Shown here: piece after piece, positions 15,878 to 29,488 of the stretch
Position numbering within the stretch: the first letter of the stretch is position 1
How the letters are laid out: each line of letters opens with the position of its first letter
Assembly: GCA_013150915.1 (NCBI GenBank)
Contig: JAADJE010000001.1
Location: 30,575 to 94,574 of the forward strand
Direction: 5' to 3'
Length of the DNA: 64,000 nt
From: Gammaproteobacteria bacterium
GTDB lineage: Bacteria > Pseudomonadota > Gammaproteobacteria > BMS3Bbin11
Position numbers and translations under genes: made by a program
The notes under the pieces: generated by a model
Told to the model about the DNA's origin: nothing
Seen by the model: only the letters and a program-made list of their open reading frames with translations
The model's database searches: none

Positions 15878-17251
15878 TCAGTCTTCCTCAGGCTTCTTTT
15901 TAACTGGACGTTGCCAGCCTTTTTTTGTCTGTTGAGCCGAGCGACTGAGTGTAAGCTCACCGGCTGGCACATCTTTAGTAATTGTAGACCCAGCCCCGAT
16001 AGTAGCACCTTTGCCTATTTCAACAGGAGCAACCAGTTGACTGTCCGATCCGATAAAGACCTTGTCACCAATAATTGTTTTATACTTATTAGCCCCATCA
16101 TAATTACAGGTAATGACCCCCGCACCTATATTCACATCAGCACCAATCTCGCTATCACCAATATAAGAAAGGTGATTAACTTTACTGCCGGAACCAACCC
16201 TGCTCTTTTTTATTTCAACGAAATTCCCTATATGGGCAAGCGCAGCGATTTCAGATTCTGGACGTACACGGGAATATGGCCCAACGGTAGCCAGTTCACC
16301 AATACTTGAATCTTCCAGTATACTGTTAGCACGAATCTCCACGTCATCACCAATCCACATATTCTTAATAAGGCAGTTTGACCCAATACTTACACGGTCA
16401 CCCAGCACAACATCACCTTCAAAAATAACATTGATATCAACGAAACAGTCTTTTCCATGCACCAAATTACCGCGGACATCAAAGCGTGCCGGATCGCTGA
16501 TGGTCAGGCCTGCCAACAGGTGATGCTCTGCCTGTTTTTTCTGATATATCCGTTCAACGAAAGAAAGATCCTGCCGGTCATTGATCCCCAGTATTTCTGA
16601 ATTATCGAATGGCTGACATGTCTCGACACTAACACCCTCCGCAACAGCCATGGCAAAGATATCTGTCAGGTAGTACTCACCCTGTGTATTCTCACAACCC
16701 AGTTTAGAGACCCATAATTTAAGCTTTCTGGCAGGTGCAGCAAAGACCCCTGTATTAATCTCGTTAATTTTTTGCTGTTCTGCTGTCGCATCCCTATGTT
16801 CAACAATCGACTGAAAATACATATTATTATCGCGCTGTATGCGACCGTATGACCCTGGATTCTCTAAGCGTGCCGTCATTAAACCAACAGACTTTTCCGC
16901 GGCAACTCGCATCAGTTCATTTAATGATTCCTTTGAAATCAAGGGGACGTCACCGTACAGTATGAGTACGGTTGAGTCATCATTTACATGCGACATCGCA
17001 ATATCTACTGCGTGCCCTGTCCCTTTCTGCTCTGACTGAAGCACCCAGTTAATTTCAGTATTATTAATCTTTTCAGGCAGTGAATCACCGCCGTAGCCAT
17101 AGACTACATGCAAGCGATCCACTCCCAGCCCTTCGCAGGTATCCAGCACATGCTGCAATAGGGGTTTACCTGCGATTTCATGCAGAACTTTTGGCAGGTT
17201 CGATACCATACGTGTACCTTTACCGGCGGCAAGAATGATGACTTCGAGCAT
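15878..17251 (-). CDS. glmU: Bifunctional UDP-GlcNAc pyrophosphorylase / GlcN-1-P acetyltransferase
   Basis: ILAAGKGTRM nucleotidyltransferase motif plus C-terminal left-handed beta-helix hexapeptide repeats. Confidence 0.97.
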   Translation of the reverse strand: MLEVIILAAGKGTRMVSNLPKVLHEIAGKPLLQHVLDTCEGLGVDRLHVVYGYGGDSLPEKINNTEINWVLQSEQKGTGHAVDIAMSHVNDDSTVLILYGDVPLISKESLNELMRVAAEKSVGLMTARLENPGSYGRIQRDNNMYFQSIVEHRDATAEQQKINEINTGVFAAPARKLKLWVSKLGCENTQGEYYLTDIFAMAVAEGVSVETCQPFDNSEILGINDRQDLSFVERIYQKKQAEHHLLAGLTISDPARFDVRGNLVHGKDCFVDINVIFEGDVVLGDRVSIGSNCLIKNMWIGDDVEIRANSILEDSSIGELATVGPYSRVRPESEIAALAHIGNFVEIKKSRVGSGSKVNHLSYIGDSEIGADVNIGAGVITCNYDGANKYKTIIGDKVFIGSDSQLVAPVEIGKGATIGAGSTITKDVPAGELTLSRSAQQTKKGWQRPVKKKPEED

Positions 17252-17352
17252 ACGGGTGTTCCCTCTGGGAATCAGATTTATCTTTTATTACTATAACGTA
17301 AATTAGGGAAGGATTCCTGATCCTGTGGGTCAGCCGTGCACCAGCACAAAAA

Positions 17353-17844
17353 TCACTGAAACAACTGCATGGACGGATCCATATCCGGAACCCCACGCCG
17401 CATTTCTTCATCGTTAGCCTGGCGAATTGAGACTACCGTCACGATAAAATTAACAGTCTGTCCCGCCAGAGGATGATTACCGTCAGCCGTCAAAGTGCCG
17501 TTTTCAATTTTTGTTACATAGAACAAACGGGAGTCGCCCTTTTTACTCTCTGCCTCGATTTCAGCACCGATACGCCGGAACTCTTCCGGCACATTAAACA
17601 GGGCATCAGTAAAAACCAGGGAAGGATCGTGATGGCCAAAGCTTTCATCCGGACTCAGGCTGATGTTGATTTGATCACCAACACTTTTTCCAGCCAATGA
17701 CTGCTCTATTTTTGGGAACAGTTCTGCACCTGAACCATGAAGGTAGCTGACAGGGATATCTCGGTGCTCAAAGAGATTGCCATTTTCATCTTTCAATGAA
17801 TAGTTGATTGCGACCACCATCCCCTGGACGATCTTGTCTGACAT
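17353..17844 (-). CDS. FKBP-type peptidyl-prolyl cis-trans isomerase (SlyD-like)
   Basis: 163 aa. VVAINYSLKDENG..YLHG..GNHPLAGQTVNFIVTVVSIR. FKBP core with an IF-type insert. Confidence 0.8.
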   Translation of the reverse strand: MSDKIVQGMVVAINYSLKDENGNLFEHRDIPVSYLHGSGAELFPKIEQSLAGKSVGDQINISLSPDESFGHHDPSLVFTDALFNVPEEFRRIGAEIEAESKKGDSRLFYVTKIENGTLTADGNHPLAGQTVNFIVTVVSIRQANDEEMRRGVPDMDPSMQLFQ

Positions 17845-17874
17845 TTTCTGATCCGATCTTTATTGTTTAGTGGT

Positions 17875-18297
17875 TTATTTTTTCTTGCGCAGTTTACGAA
17901 TTATATTCAATTGAGCAACGGCTTCAGCCAGCTCGGCCTGTGCGTGGGCAAAATCCATATCTGCTTTCTGGCCCTGCATGGCCTCTTCAGCCTGACGCCT
18001 GGCCTCTAGCGCAACAGACTCATCAAGGTCTTTAGCTCGAATAGCCGTATCGCTAAGCACCGTGACGACATGCGGCTGCACTTCGAGGATACCACCGGAC
18101 ACGAAGAAATGTTGCTCATTCTCGCCTTTGTCAGAACGAACAACAACTTCTCCAGGTTTAATCTCACCGATCAATGGCGTATGGCGTGGGTAGATACCCA
18201 CCTCTCCACTTTGCAATGGAACAAAGACCGATTCAACAGTACCAGAGAAAATTTCCTCTTCTGCACTGACGATATTTAGATGCATAGTCATAGCCAT
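17875..18297 (-). CDS. atpC: F0F1 ATP synthase subunit epsilon
   Basis: 140 aa. LNIVSAEEEIFSG start, typical position after atpD. Confidence 0.93.
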   Translation of the reverse strand: MAMTMHLNIVSAEEEIFSGTVESVFVPLQSGEVGIYPRHTPLIGEIKPGEVVVRSDKGENEQHFFVSGGILEVQPHVVTVLSDTAIRAKDLDESVALEARRQAEEAMQGQKADMDFAHAQAELAEAVAQLNIIRKLRKKK

Positions 18298-18315
18298 AGC
18301 CTGATTCCTTGAAAC

Positions 18316-19692
<1,377 letters not shown>

Positions 19693-19779
19693 TTACCGGT
19701 TCCTCAGAATTAAACTATTTACTTAAAAAACTTCCTGTCAAACATCACGATTACGCTCTAAACTGCCGCAGATCGCCAC

Positions 19780-20646
19780 CTATTCAAGTGCCGCCGCACC
19801 ACTTACTATCTCAGACAATTCCTGTGTAATCGCCGCCTGTCGGGCTTTGTTGTACACCAACTGCAGATCATCAATCATGTCACCGGCATTATCAGAGGCC
19901 GCTTTCATCGCCACCATACGCGCTGATTGCTCACTGGCAATATTCTCCACCACACCCTGATAGACCTGGGTTTCAATGAATCGGGTCAACAGGGCATCAA
20001 GCACGGGCTTGGCCTCGGGCTCATAGATATAGTCCCAATGGTGCTCATAGTCTTTTGAATCTTCTGCCTGCAACGGTAACAACTGCGAAACGGTCGGTGT
20101 TTGTGACATGGTATTAACAAATTTGTTATACACCAGCATCACTCGATCGAGGCTGCCATCGTTGTAGGCATCAAGCATCACTTTGACTACGCCGATCAAC
20201 TGACTGATCTGCGGCGCATCACCCAGATGCGTGGCACTGGAGACCATTTTAAAACCAAAACGCTTCATGAAACCCTGTGCCTTACTGCCGATAGAACAGA
20301 ATTCAACCTCTGCCCCTTTTTCATGCCATTGCTTCATGTCAGCGACAGCAGCTTTCAGCATATTTGTATTCAGGCCACCACAAAGTCCGCGATCGGTAGA
20401 TACAATGATATAACCAACACGCTTCACCTCATCACGTTCCAGAAGAAACGGATGACGGTATTCAGGATGGGCATGGTGTAAATGGCCTGCCACATCACGG
20501 ATCTTTTCTGCATAAGGGCGTGCAGACAGCATCCTGCTTTGTGCCAGACGCATCTTACTTGCAGCAACCATCTCCATGGCGCGAGTAATCTTCTGCGTAC
20601 TCTGCAGACTCTTGATCTGGGTCTTGATTTGCTTGCCAATTGCCAT
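19780..20646 (-). CDS. atpG: F0F1 ATP synthase subunit gamma
   Basis: 288 aa. [24 protein letters not shown]-terminus and [16 protein letters not shown]-terminus. Confidence 0.97.
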   Translation of the reverse strand: MAIGKQIKTQIKSLQSTQKITRAMEMVAASKMRLAQSRMLSARPYAEKIRDVAGHLHHAHPEYRHPFLLERDEVKRVGYIIVSTDRGLCGGLNTNMLKAAVADMKQWHEKGAEVEFCSIGSKAQGFMKRFGFKMVSSATHLGDAPQISQLIGVVKVMLDAYNDGSLDRVMLVYNKFVNTMSQTPTVSQLLPLQAEDSKDYEHHWDYIYEPEAKPVLDALLTRFIETQVYQGVVENIASEQSARMVAMKAASDNAGDMIDDLQLVYNKARQAAITQELSEIVSGAAALE

Positions 20647-20680
20647 AGTTTTTACCGGGTTAGTTGGTCGCTAGCTGGGA

Positions 20681-22222
20681 CTACCAGGTGTGGTTGGCTT
20701 TAAATTCATCCAGCGCAGCACGTAGGCGGCCTTCTATATCGTCGTTATAATCACCCGTTTCATTGATCGTTGACATAAGATCCACCTGATTGGCATTCAT
20801 ATACGCATGCAGAGCATCTTCAAAATCACGCACTTTTGCCGGCTCGATATCGTTTAGATAACCTTCATTGGCCGCAAACAATGAGGAGGCAAGATGGGCA
20901 ACTGTCAAGGGTGAATACTGCGGCTGCTTCATCAATTCAGTAATACGCTGCCCCAGTGCTATCTGATTTTGCGTGGCTTCATCAAGGTCTGAAGCAAACT
21001 GGGCGAATGCGGCCAGTTCACGGTACTGAGCCAGTGCAAGACGCACACCACCACCCAGTTTCTTAATAATTTTCTGCTGTGCGGCACCGCCTACACGGGA
21101 TACTGACAGACCCGCATTAATAGCAGGACGTATGCCGGCATTGAACAGATCAGTCTCGAGAAATATCTGACCATCCGTAATAGAAATTACGTTCGTCGGC
21201 ACGAAGGCTGACACGTCACCGGCCTGTGTTTCGATAATCGGCAGTGCGGTCAACGAACCCGTCTTGCCTTTTACCTTGCCGTCAGTGATCTCTTCCACAT
21301 ATTCAGCATTCAGCCGTGCCGCTCTTTCCAGCAGGCGTGAATGCAGATAAAACACATCACCCGGATAGGCTTCACGACCGGGAGGACGGCGCAGCAGCAA
21401 TGATACCTGACGATAGGCCCAGGCCTGTTTGGTCAAATCATCATAAACGATCAGCGCGTCTTCACCTTTGTCACGGAAATACTCCCCCATGGTACAACCG
21501 GCGTAAGGCGCAAGGTACTGCATGGCAGCTGATTCAGCAGCACCGGCATTCACAACAATGGTGTGCTCCATGGCGCCAAACTCTTCCAGTTTGCGCACAA
21601 CACTGGCGACTGAAGAGGCCTTCTGGCCAATGGCGACATAGATACAGGTCACCCCTGTGCCTTTTTGGTTGATAATGGTATCAATCGCAACGGCTGTTTT
21701 ACCGGTTTGTCGGTCACCAATAATGAGTTCACGCTGACCGCGTCCAATGGGCACCATTGAGTCAACGGATTTGAGCCCCGTCTGTACCGGCTGACTAACA
21801 GATTGACGAGAGATGACACCGGGCGCCACCTTCTCCAGTGGTTCATGACCTTCTGCCTTGATCTCGCCCTTGCCGTCAATCGGGTTCCCCAGCGTATCGA
21901 CAACACGACCAATCAGTGATTCTCCGACAGGAACTTCAAGAATACGACCGGTGCATTTTACACTGTCGCCTTCCTTAAGATGCTCATAAGCGCCCATGAT
22001 CACAGTACCGACCGAATCTCTTTCCAGATTCATCGCCAGGCCATGGACATCACCCGGAAATTCCAGCATCTCGCCAAGCATAACATCACTCAGTCCATGT
22101 ACCCTGACGATACCGTCGGTAACACTGACGATCGTCCCTTCGGTACGCGCCTCAACCTTAGTATCAAAATTTTCCAGTCTCTTCTTGATCAGCTCTGAGA
22201 TTTCAGATGGATTAAGCTGCAT
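20681..22222 (-). CDS. atpA: F0F1 ATP synthase subunit alpha
   Basis: GDRQTGKTA Walker A and the conserved alpha subunit sequence. Confidence 0.98.
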   Translation of the reverse strand: MQLNPSEISELIKKRLENFDTKVEARTEGTIVSVTDGIVRVHGLSDVMLGEMLEFPGDVHGLAMNLERDSVGTVIMGAYEHLKEGDSVKCTGRILEVPVGESLIGRVVDTLGNPIDGKGEIKAEGHEPLEKVAPGVISRQSVSQPVQTGLKSVDSMVPIGRGQRELIIGDRQTGKTAVAIDTIINQKGTGVTCIYVAIGQKASSVASVVRKLEEFGAMEHTIVVNAGAAESAAMQYLAPYAGCTMGEYFRDKGEDALIVYDDLTKQAWAYRQVSLLLRRPPGREAYPGDVFYLHSRLLERAARLNAEYVEEITDGKVKGKTGSLTALPIIETQAGDVSAFVPTNVISITDGQIFLETDLFNAGIRPAINAGLSVSRVGGAAQQKIIKKLGGGVRLALAQYRELAAFAQFASDLDEATQNQIALGQRITELMKQPQYSPLTVAHLASSLFAANEGYLNDIEPAKVRDFEDALHAYMNANQVDLMSTINETGDYNDDIEGRLRAALDEFKANHTW

Positions 22223-22235
22223 AATGCCTTTCCCG

Positions 22236-22856
22236 TTAACGTGTTAGGTAAGAAGTGAGATCTCGTAAACTGCCTGCGACAGAGCCATCAATGACCGTGT
22301 CACCGGCGCGAATAATCACACCACCAATAATGGATGGATCGACAGATGCCTTGATATTGACATTGCGATCGAGTTCTTTTTTTAACATTTTTGCCAACTT
22401 GCTGATCTGCGCCTCGTCCAAAACGAATGCAGACACCACGCTGGCATCTACCGTACCTTCGGCATTGGCCCACAACGCATTAAACAGGGCCGCAATTTCT
22501 GGTAACAACTGCAACTTGCCATTCTCGCGCAGCATGCTGATCAGTGCCCGCTCCTGGTCACTAATATCTTCCAGTAGCGAAGCCAGTAATACATCGATTT
22601 GTTCACCTGTTACGCTCGGATCACCGAGCACAAATGCCAGGTTTTTATCGGCTACCGCTACCGCAAAATAGCTCAGCATATCACCCCAGCGCTGTAGCGA
22701 TGAAGCCTCGCTGGCCAACCGAAACACGGCTTCAGCGTAGGGTCTTGCTAATGTCTTGCGTTCAGCCACTAGTGCTCCAGCACTTGCCAAGGGAATAACC
22801 ATTACCTTCGCACTGCGCCTTGCTGCGAAACACCGCAGGGACGCTGAACCCGTCAT
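22236..22856 (-). CDS. atpH: F0F1 ATP synthase subunit delta (start uncertain)
   Basis: The OSCP/delta sequence begins at [15 protein letters not shown]. An in-frame GTG at 22769 preceded by GGAG would give a canonical ~177-aa protein. ATG 22856 would add an atypical 29-aa extension. Confidence 0.88.
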   Translation of the reverse strand: MTGSASLRCFAARRSAKVMVIPLASAGALVAERKTLARPYAEAVFRLASEASSLQRWGDMLSYFAVAVADKNLAFVLGDPSVTGEQIDVLLASLLEDISDQERALISMLRENGKLQLLPEIAALFNALWANAEGTVDASVVSAFVLDEAQISKLAKMLKKELDRNVNIKASVDPSIIGGVIIRAGDTVIDGSVAGSLRDLTSYLTR

Positions 22857-22874
22857 TATCAGGTTGAAGGAACA

Positions 22875-23345
22875 CTAGAGCTGGCCAGCCAGATCGTCGA
22901 GTATCTCGGCATGCGCCTTCTCATCGACTTCTTTTTTCAGAATTATGCTGGCGCCTTCTACAGCCAGCCTGGCAACAGAAGTGCGCAGCTCTTCACGCGC
23001 ACGATTTATTTCCTGTTCTATCCCGGCCTGAGCACTGGCAAGTATCCTTGCCCGCTCTTCATTGGCCTGATCCTTCGCCTCATCAACAATACCGCCTGCA
23101 CGCTTGTTTGCCTGTGCCAGCAGTTCAGAAGCCTGATTTTTCGCTTCCTTTATCTTGGCCGTTGCATTCTTTTGGGCCAGTTCAAGATCTCCCTCAGCAC
23201 GTGTAGCCGCTGCCAGGCCATCTGCGATATTTTTCTGTCGCTCACGCAAAGCACCGATGATAGGCGGCCAGATGTATTTCTGGCAGAAGATAACGAACAA
23301 CGCAAAGGCAATAGCCTGCCCTAGTAATGTCGCATTAATGTTCAC
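22875..23345 (-). CDS. atpF: F0F1 ATP synthase subunit b
   Basis: 156 aa. N-terminal TM followed by a long charged helix. Confidence 0.95.
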   Translation of the reverse strand: MNINATLLGQAIAFALFVIFCQKYIWPPIIGALRERQKNIADGLAAATRAEGDLELAQKNATAKIKEAKNQASELLAQANKRAGGIVDEAKDQANEERARILASAQAGIEQEINRAREELRTSVARLAVEGASIILKKEVDEKAHAEILDDLAGQL

Positions 23346-23386
23346 GACAGCATCTCCAGGTTTCCGGGTTTAATGCCAGGCACTGC

Positions 23387-23641
<255 letters not shown>

Positions 23642-23651
23642 TTAAATGTTA

Positions 23652-23826
23652 GGAACCTCTGATTAATTCTGGACGAAGTAGATTACGATCTAAAATATTC
23701 AGATTTGAGGCGGAAATCGCACGTAATAGCTGGCTATTGCGATAGCTGGCTATTGCGAAGGTTTCCAACGAAAAAGCTGGATATTTTAGGCATAAGATAC
23801 GAGTTCATGAATTAATCAGAGGTTCC
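23652..23826. mobile_element. MITE-like element, copy A (in the atpB-atpE spacer)
   Basis: Perfect inverted termini (A)GGAACCTCTGATTAATTC (23651-23669) and GAATTAATCAGAGGTTCC(T) (23809-23827). TTA on both flanks (23649-51 and 23827-29). Internal perfect 16-bp tandem duplication TAGCTGGCTATTGCGA (23727-42 and 23743-58). No ORF. Confidence 0.75.
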
Positions 23827-23843
23827 TTAGGTTATCGTACTAA

Positions 23844-24692
<849 letters not shown>

Positions 24693-24730
24693 TTATAAAA
24701 AATTACGCGTAAACCTGATTAAAAACCAAA

Positions 24731-25102
24731 TCAGGTTTTATTCAGTACACCTGCAATCAATGCGGGAGATATCTGTATCCACAAATACGCGGCGAACAGT
24801 GCCGCCGCATTCAGTGGTTCCACTAACACCACAACCAGCAAAAACAGGGTGACGGTCAGGAACAACTTACCTATTACACCCCGGTAGGTTATGGCGGCGA
24901 GTTGGTCTATCTGCCAGCTGCCTTTATTGCTGAAAAGCCTTAGTGCGAAAAAGGTATTGGCAACCACTGATATCATGCCGCCGGTAAGTGCCGAATATGC
25001 CGTTACCAGATCAAAAACAGGTAACAAAGCAATAGGTGTAGCCAATGCCAGAGCGGCCTGCCAGCCAATAATGCTGAATGGTCTTTGATTGGTAGTGCTC
25101 AT
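24731..25102 (-). CDS. atpI: ATP synthase protein I
   Basis: 123-aa hydrophobic protein at the head of the atp operon. Confidence 0.8.
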   Translation of the reverse strand: MSTTNQRPFSIIGWQAALALATPIALLPVFDLVTAYSALTGGMISVVANTFFALRLFSNKGSWQIDQLAAITYRGVIGKLFLTVTLFLLVVVLVEPLNAAALFAAYLWIQISPALIAGVLNKT

Positions 25103-25266
25103 CTAACAAATCACGATCAACCCAACAGCATTTTTAGCTTTACACCATCAAAATAGCCTTTGCCGAGAGGCGCGTAGTATAGTGATAAGCCCCTTTTGGG
25201 TCAACATCAGATTGCTCAATAAGGGGATCTGGCCGGGCGCCATATCAACAATTAACCAGCACCACG

Positions 25267-26127
25267 TCAATGTATTTTCTCAAGGATTCCCTGCAGCACA
25301 TCATTGCCATGAAACGCGATAATCAGCCTGCCTTTACCTCGACTACCAAGCTTGATTTCCACGTGTGTTCCCAGTTTTTCTGACAAAGTTTCCTCCAGAT
25401 GTCTGACATCCGGGTCCTTTACCTTTGCTTTACTGGCAAGGCCGCTGCGATCTTCCTGTAATCTACGAACCAGCTGCTCGGCCTGTCGAACACTCATGCC
25501 GCCTTTAACAATCTGCAGAGCAGCCTTGTGCTGGGAACCCTCCTCAAGAGAAAGCAGTGCACGGGCATGCCCCATATCCAGCTGCCCCTGCTCCAGAAGG
25601 GAGCTTACTTCGGATTGCAGAGAAAGCAGACGCAACAGATTGCTCACTGCAGCACGAGAACGACTGACACTGTCCGCTACCTGCTGGTGAGTCATGGTGA
25701 ATTCCTCTATCAGACGCTGCATCCCCCTGGCCTCTTCAATTGGATTCAGGTCTTCGCGCTGTAAGTTTTCGATCAGACCGATGACTATAGCCTCTTCATC
25801 AGACAGTTCACGCACCACAACGGGCACACGACTAAGGCCGGCCTGCTGTGCCGCCCGCCAGCGGCGCTCGCCGGCAATAATTTCATAATCCCCGCTGGCC
25901 AGTTTGCGCGCAACTATAGGCTGCAACACCCCCTGCATGGCAATCGAGTTCGCAAGCTCATCCAGCGCATCCTGATCCATGTGGCGGCGAGGCTGAAACT
26001 GACCTCGTAGCAGTAATTCCACCGGCAACTGCTGTAATTTGTCAGGTAAAACATCATCTACTGAAGCGCCGCTATCACCTAACAGGGCACCAAGCCCACG
26101 ACCCAATCTACTTTTTTTTGTATTCAT
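25267..26127 (-). CDS. parB: Chromosome partitioning protein ParB
   Basis: LGRGLGALL N-terminus, GERRWRAA motif and HTH. 4-nt overlap with parA. Confidence 0.95.
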   Translation of the reverse strand: MNTKKSRLGRGLGALLGDSGASVDDVLPDKLQQLPVELLLRGQFQPRRHMDQDALDELANSIAMQGVLQPIVARKLASGDYEIIAGERRWRAAQQAGLSRVPVVVRELSDEEAIVIGLIENLQREDLNPIEEARGMQRLIEEFTMTHQQVADSVSRSRAAVSNLLRLLSLQSEVSSLLEQGQLDMGHARALLSLEEGSQHKAALQIVKGGMSVRQAEQLVRRLQEDRSGLASKAKVKDPDVRHLEETLSEKLGTHVEIKLGSRGKGRLIIAFHGNDVLQGILEKIH

Positions 26128-26891
26128 TTATTTGATTCCCTTCCCATGACTTCACCCGCCAGTGCCAGATAGGCCCTCGCACCTTTGGATCGTTTATCAT
26201 ATTCGAGCACAGGCTTACCGTAACTCGGTGCTTCTGCCAGGCGGATATTACGTGGAATAATTGTGTGGTAAACCTTGTCGCCAAAATATTCTTCCAGTTG
26301 TGACGATACCTCTCTTGACAGGGAATTCCGGCTGTCAAACATGGTTCGCAGTAAACCTTCTATATTCAGATCGGGGTTAAAAGCGGCCCTTATTTTACGT
26401 ATTGTATTAACCAGTTCAGTTAGCCCTTCCAGCGCAAAGTATTCACATTGCATTGGGATAACAACGGCATCTGATGCCACCAGCGCATTAACTGTCAACA
26501 AATCTAACGAGGGCGGGCAGTCTATCAGTACGAAATCATATTCCTCACGCAGGGTTTGCAAGGCTACCCGCAGCCGGAATTCTCTATGCTCTTCATCCAC
26601 CAGTTCAATTAATGCACCTGAAAGCTCGCGATTGGATGCAACCACATCGTAAGATGCATTTGTAGCGACGATGGCTTCCTGTATCGGAGCAGCGTGCATT
26701 AATACTTCGTACGCGGTTACTTCCTGACTATCCCGGTCAACGCCGCTGCCAGCAGAAGCATTACCCTGTGGGTCAATATCGATCAACAGTATCTTTTGCT
26801 TCATGCGCGAAAGTGAAGCCGCCATGTTGATCGCAGTAGTGGTTTTTCCTACGCCACCTTTCTGATTTGTTATAGATAAGACTTTAGCCAT
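26124..26891 (-). CDS. parA: Chromosome partitioning ATPase ParA (Soj)
   Basis: Deviant Walker A NQKGGVGKTTT. Typical 255-aa Soj. Confidence 0.95.
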   Translation of the reverse strand: MAKVLSITNQKGGVGKTTTAINMAASLSRMKQKILLIDIDPQGNASAGSGVDRDSQEVTAYEVLMHAAPIQEAIVATNASYDVVASNRELSGALIELVDEEHREFRLRVALQTLREEYDFVLIDCPPSLDLLTVNALVASDAVVIPMQCEYFALEGLTELVNTIRKIRAAFNPDLNIEGLLRTMFDSRNSLSREVSSQLEEYFGDKVYHTIIPRNIRLAEAPSYGKPVLEYDKRSKGARAYLALAGEVMGRESNK

Positions 26892-26892
26892 T

Positions 26893-27534
26893 TCATTTAT
26901 GTGCTTTTTTACAGATAACCAGATGCCGCTGCTCTGGCAAACCCGGTACCTTTAGTTTGATTACCTCTTCAACCCTGAAACCAGCCTCCATTCCCACTGA
27001 CTCTTCACCAGGCCACTGCCCTTTCATTGCAAGCCACTGCCCGTCATCGGCAAGTAGATGGCCTGAACACGCAACAAAAGACGATAAGCGGCTAAGTGCC
27101 CGGCTGAGCAGACTATCAAACTTTTCATGTGGGTGAAATTCCTCAGCACGCCGTTGCACGACGCTTACATTCTGCAGTTTTAATTGTGCCTGTACCTGTC
27201 GAAGAAAGCGACAACGTTTAGCATTGCTGTCCAGTAATGTTAGCTCTAAATCTGGACATGCAAGGGCAATGGGTATCCCAGGCAGCCCTGCGCCACTGCC
27301 GATATCGATAATTTTCTTGCCATGCAGATAGGGCACTACGGACAAACTGTCCAGTAAGTGTCGTGTGACAAAATCGGTATCACTCTTTACCGTAGCCAGG
27401 TTATAGACCCGGTTCCAGCGCTTCAGCAGTGAAAGATAACCCAATATTGCACGCCGACCTTGATCATCAATTTCAATCCCAATTCCTGCCACCCCTTCCG
27501 CCAGCAAAGCTTTTAGGTCTCCTGCTTTTCCCAT
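26893..27534 (-). CDS. rsmG: 16S rRNA (guanine527-N7)-methyltransferase
   Basis: GidB family. IIDIGSGAGLPGIPLA SAM motif. Conserved mnmG-rsmG-parAB order. Confidence 0.93.
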   Translation of the reverse strand: MGKAGDLKALLAEGVAGIGIEIDDQGRRAILGYLSLLKRWNRVYNLATVKSDTDFVTRHLLDSLSVVPYLHGKKIIDIGSGAGLPGIPIALACPDLELTLLDSNAKRCRFLRQVQAQLKLQNVSVVQRRAEEFHPHEKFDSLLSRALSRLSSFVACSGHLLADDGQWLAMKGQWPGEESVGMEAGFRVEEVIKLKVPGLPEQRHLVICKKAHK

Positions 27535-29408
27535 CAGGCTGATTTAGATTTCATATGTACCAGTAATAACGAAATAGCGGCGGGTGTAATACCGGATATG
27601 CGCGATGCCTGGCCGAGTGTAGTCGGCTTATATTCATTCAACTTCGAACTTACCTCCGTCGACAGCCCATGAACTTTGTCATATTCGATACCTGCTGGCA
27701 GGCGCATTTCTTCATGCTGACGATGCTTCTCAACCTCTGCCTGCTGGCGTAGGATATAGCCCGCATACCGGGCCTGAACCTCTACCTGAGCACTGACAGT
27801 ATCATCATCCACGGGCTTGCCCGCACCCGGTAGCTTCATCAGGCGGCGATAATCTACTTCTGGACGTTTGAGCAGATCCAGCAGATTCACTTCGTGAACC
27901 AGGGGCCGTCCCAATATCGCTTCCACGACTCCTGGATCGATGGCTCCCGGCCTGAGCCAGATTGCGGCCAGGCGGGCCTGCTCATCAATGATGGCCTGCC
28001 GTTTCTCGCTGAATTTTCGCCAACGATGATCCTCCACCAGACCTAGCTCACGGCCTTTTTCTGTCAGCCGCAAATCTGCATTATCCTCGCGTAACAACAA
28101 TCGATACTCGGCACGGGAAGTGAACATGCGATAAGGTTCGCTGGTACCACAGGTCACAAGATCGTCTATCATTACACCGATATAGGCCTCATCACGAGCC
28201 GGATACCAGGGTTCCTCGTCGCGCATACGACGCACAGCATCTATGCCCGCCAGCAGGCCCTGGGCTGCTGCCTCTTCATAGCCGGTGGTACCGTTAATCT
28301 GCCCGGCAAAGAACAGGCCGGCTACATATTTTGTTTCCAGCCAGGGATAAAGGTCTCGCGGATCCAGATAATCGTATTCGATGGCATAACCAGGGCGTGT
28401 AATAAACGCCTGCTCAAAGCCTTTGATTGAGCGTACCAGCGCCAATTGTATATCAAACGGCAAGCTGGTCGAAATGCCATTTGGGTAAACTTCGTTCAGC
28501 TCCAGACCTTCCGGTTCGACAAAAATCTGATGGCTGTCACGTTCAGCAAACCGTACAACCTTGTCTTCGATAGAAGGGCAATAACGCGGTCCTATCCCTG
28601 AAATATCCCCACTATACAGAGGCGATCGATGCAAACCTTCACGGATTAGCTCATGTGTATGTGTATTGGTGTAAGTGATATGACAGGGAACCTGTGCAGG
28701 ATGCAGGTCTCGATTACCCATGTAGGAAAAGACCGGCACAGGATCATCACCCGGCTGCTTCTGCATGACAGAAAAGTCGATGCTTGAACGGTCAATACGT
28801 GGTGGAGTGCCTGTTTTTAAGCGCTCGATACGGAAAGGCAAATTGCGCAGACGTTTCGCCAGTGCATTCGACGGTGCATCACCAGCACGACCACCCGCGT
28901 GACTGGTTTGTCCAATATGGATCACGCCACCAAGAAAGGTACCACTAGTGATCACTACACTGGGAGCACGAAATACCAGCCCCATGCGCGTCACCACACC
29001 TGTCACCTTTTCCTGATCGATAAGCAGATCAGTAACCTCCTGCTGAAAAATCGACAGACCGGGTTGAGATTCAAGCATCTGCCGGATTGCTGCTTTGTAG
29101 AGCACCCGATCAGCCTGTGCTCGGGTGGCTCGTACGGCGGGGCCCTTGCGGGAGTTAAGTATTCTAAACTGGATACCTGACAGGTCAGCAGCACGCGCCA
29201 TAGCACCACCCAGCGCATCGATTTCCTTAACCAGATGGCCCTTACCGATACCACCTATCGCCGGGTTACAGGACATCTGGCCGATGGTCTCTATATTATG
29301 CGTCAGCAGCAGCACCCGGACACCCATACGTGCAGAGGCAAGGGCGGCCTCAGTGCCGGCATGACCGGCACCGATAACAATGACATCAAAGGATTCTGGG
29401 TATAGCAT
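27534..29408 (-). CDS. mnmG: tRNA uridine 5-carboxymethylaminomethyl modification enzyme
   Basis: [19 protein letters not shown] motif and the 624-aa GidA sequence. Confidence 0.97.
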   Translation of the reverse strand: MLYPESFDVIVIGAGHAGTEAALASARMGVRVLLLTHNIETIGQMSCNPAIGGIGKGHLVKEIDALGGAMARAADLSGIQFRILNSRKGPAVRATRAQADRVLYKAAIRQMLESQPGLSIFQQEVTDLLIDQEKVTGVVTRMGLVFRAPSVVITSGTFLGGVIHIGQTSHAGGRAGDAPSNALAKRLRNLPFRIERLKTGTPPRIDRSSIDFSVMQKQPGDDPVPVFSYMGNRDLHPAQVPCHITYTNTHTHELIREGLHRSPLYSGDISGIGPRYCPSIEDKVVRFAERDSHQIFVEPEGLELNEVYPNGISTSLPFDIQLALVRSIKGFEQAFITRPGYAIEYDYLDPRDLYPWLETKYVAGLFFAGQINGTTGYEEAAAQGLLAGIDAVRRMRDEEPWYPARDEAYIGVMIDDLVTCGTSEPYRMFTSRAEYRLLLREDNADLRLTEKGRELGLVEDHRWRKFSEKRQAIIDEQARLAAIWLRPGAIDPGVVEAILGRPLVHEVNLLDLLKRPEVDYRRLMKLPGAGKPVDDDTVSAQVEVQARYAGYILRQQAEVEKHRQHEEMRLPAGIEYDKVHGLSTEVSSKLNEYKPTTLGQASRISGITPAAISLLLVHMKSKSA

Positions 29409-29488
29409 GACTGGCGGTTTTCAAAAAAAGAACCGGTAATTGTACACCCGACCCTCTAATTTCTGATAATCAGTCTACCGCGGGACAA

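Noticed and set aside
29409-29488. A possible oriC next to mnmG/gidA, as in E. coli.
   Set aside because: The spacer is only 80 nt and is followed by a co-directional FHA gene. I saw no cluster of DnaA boxes (TTATCCACA-like) or AT-rich 13-mers here or in the parB-atpI spacer.
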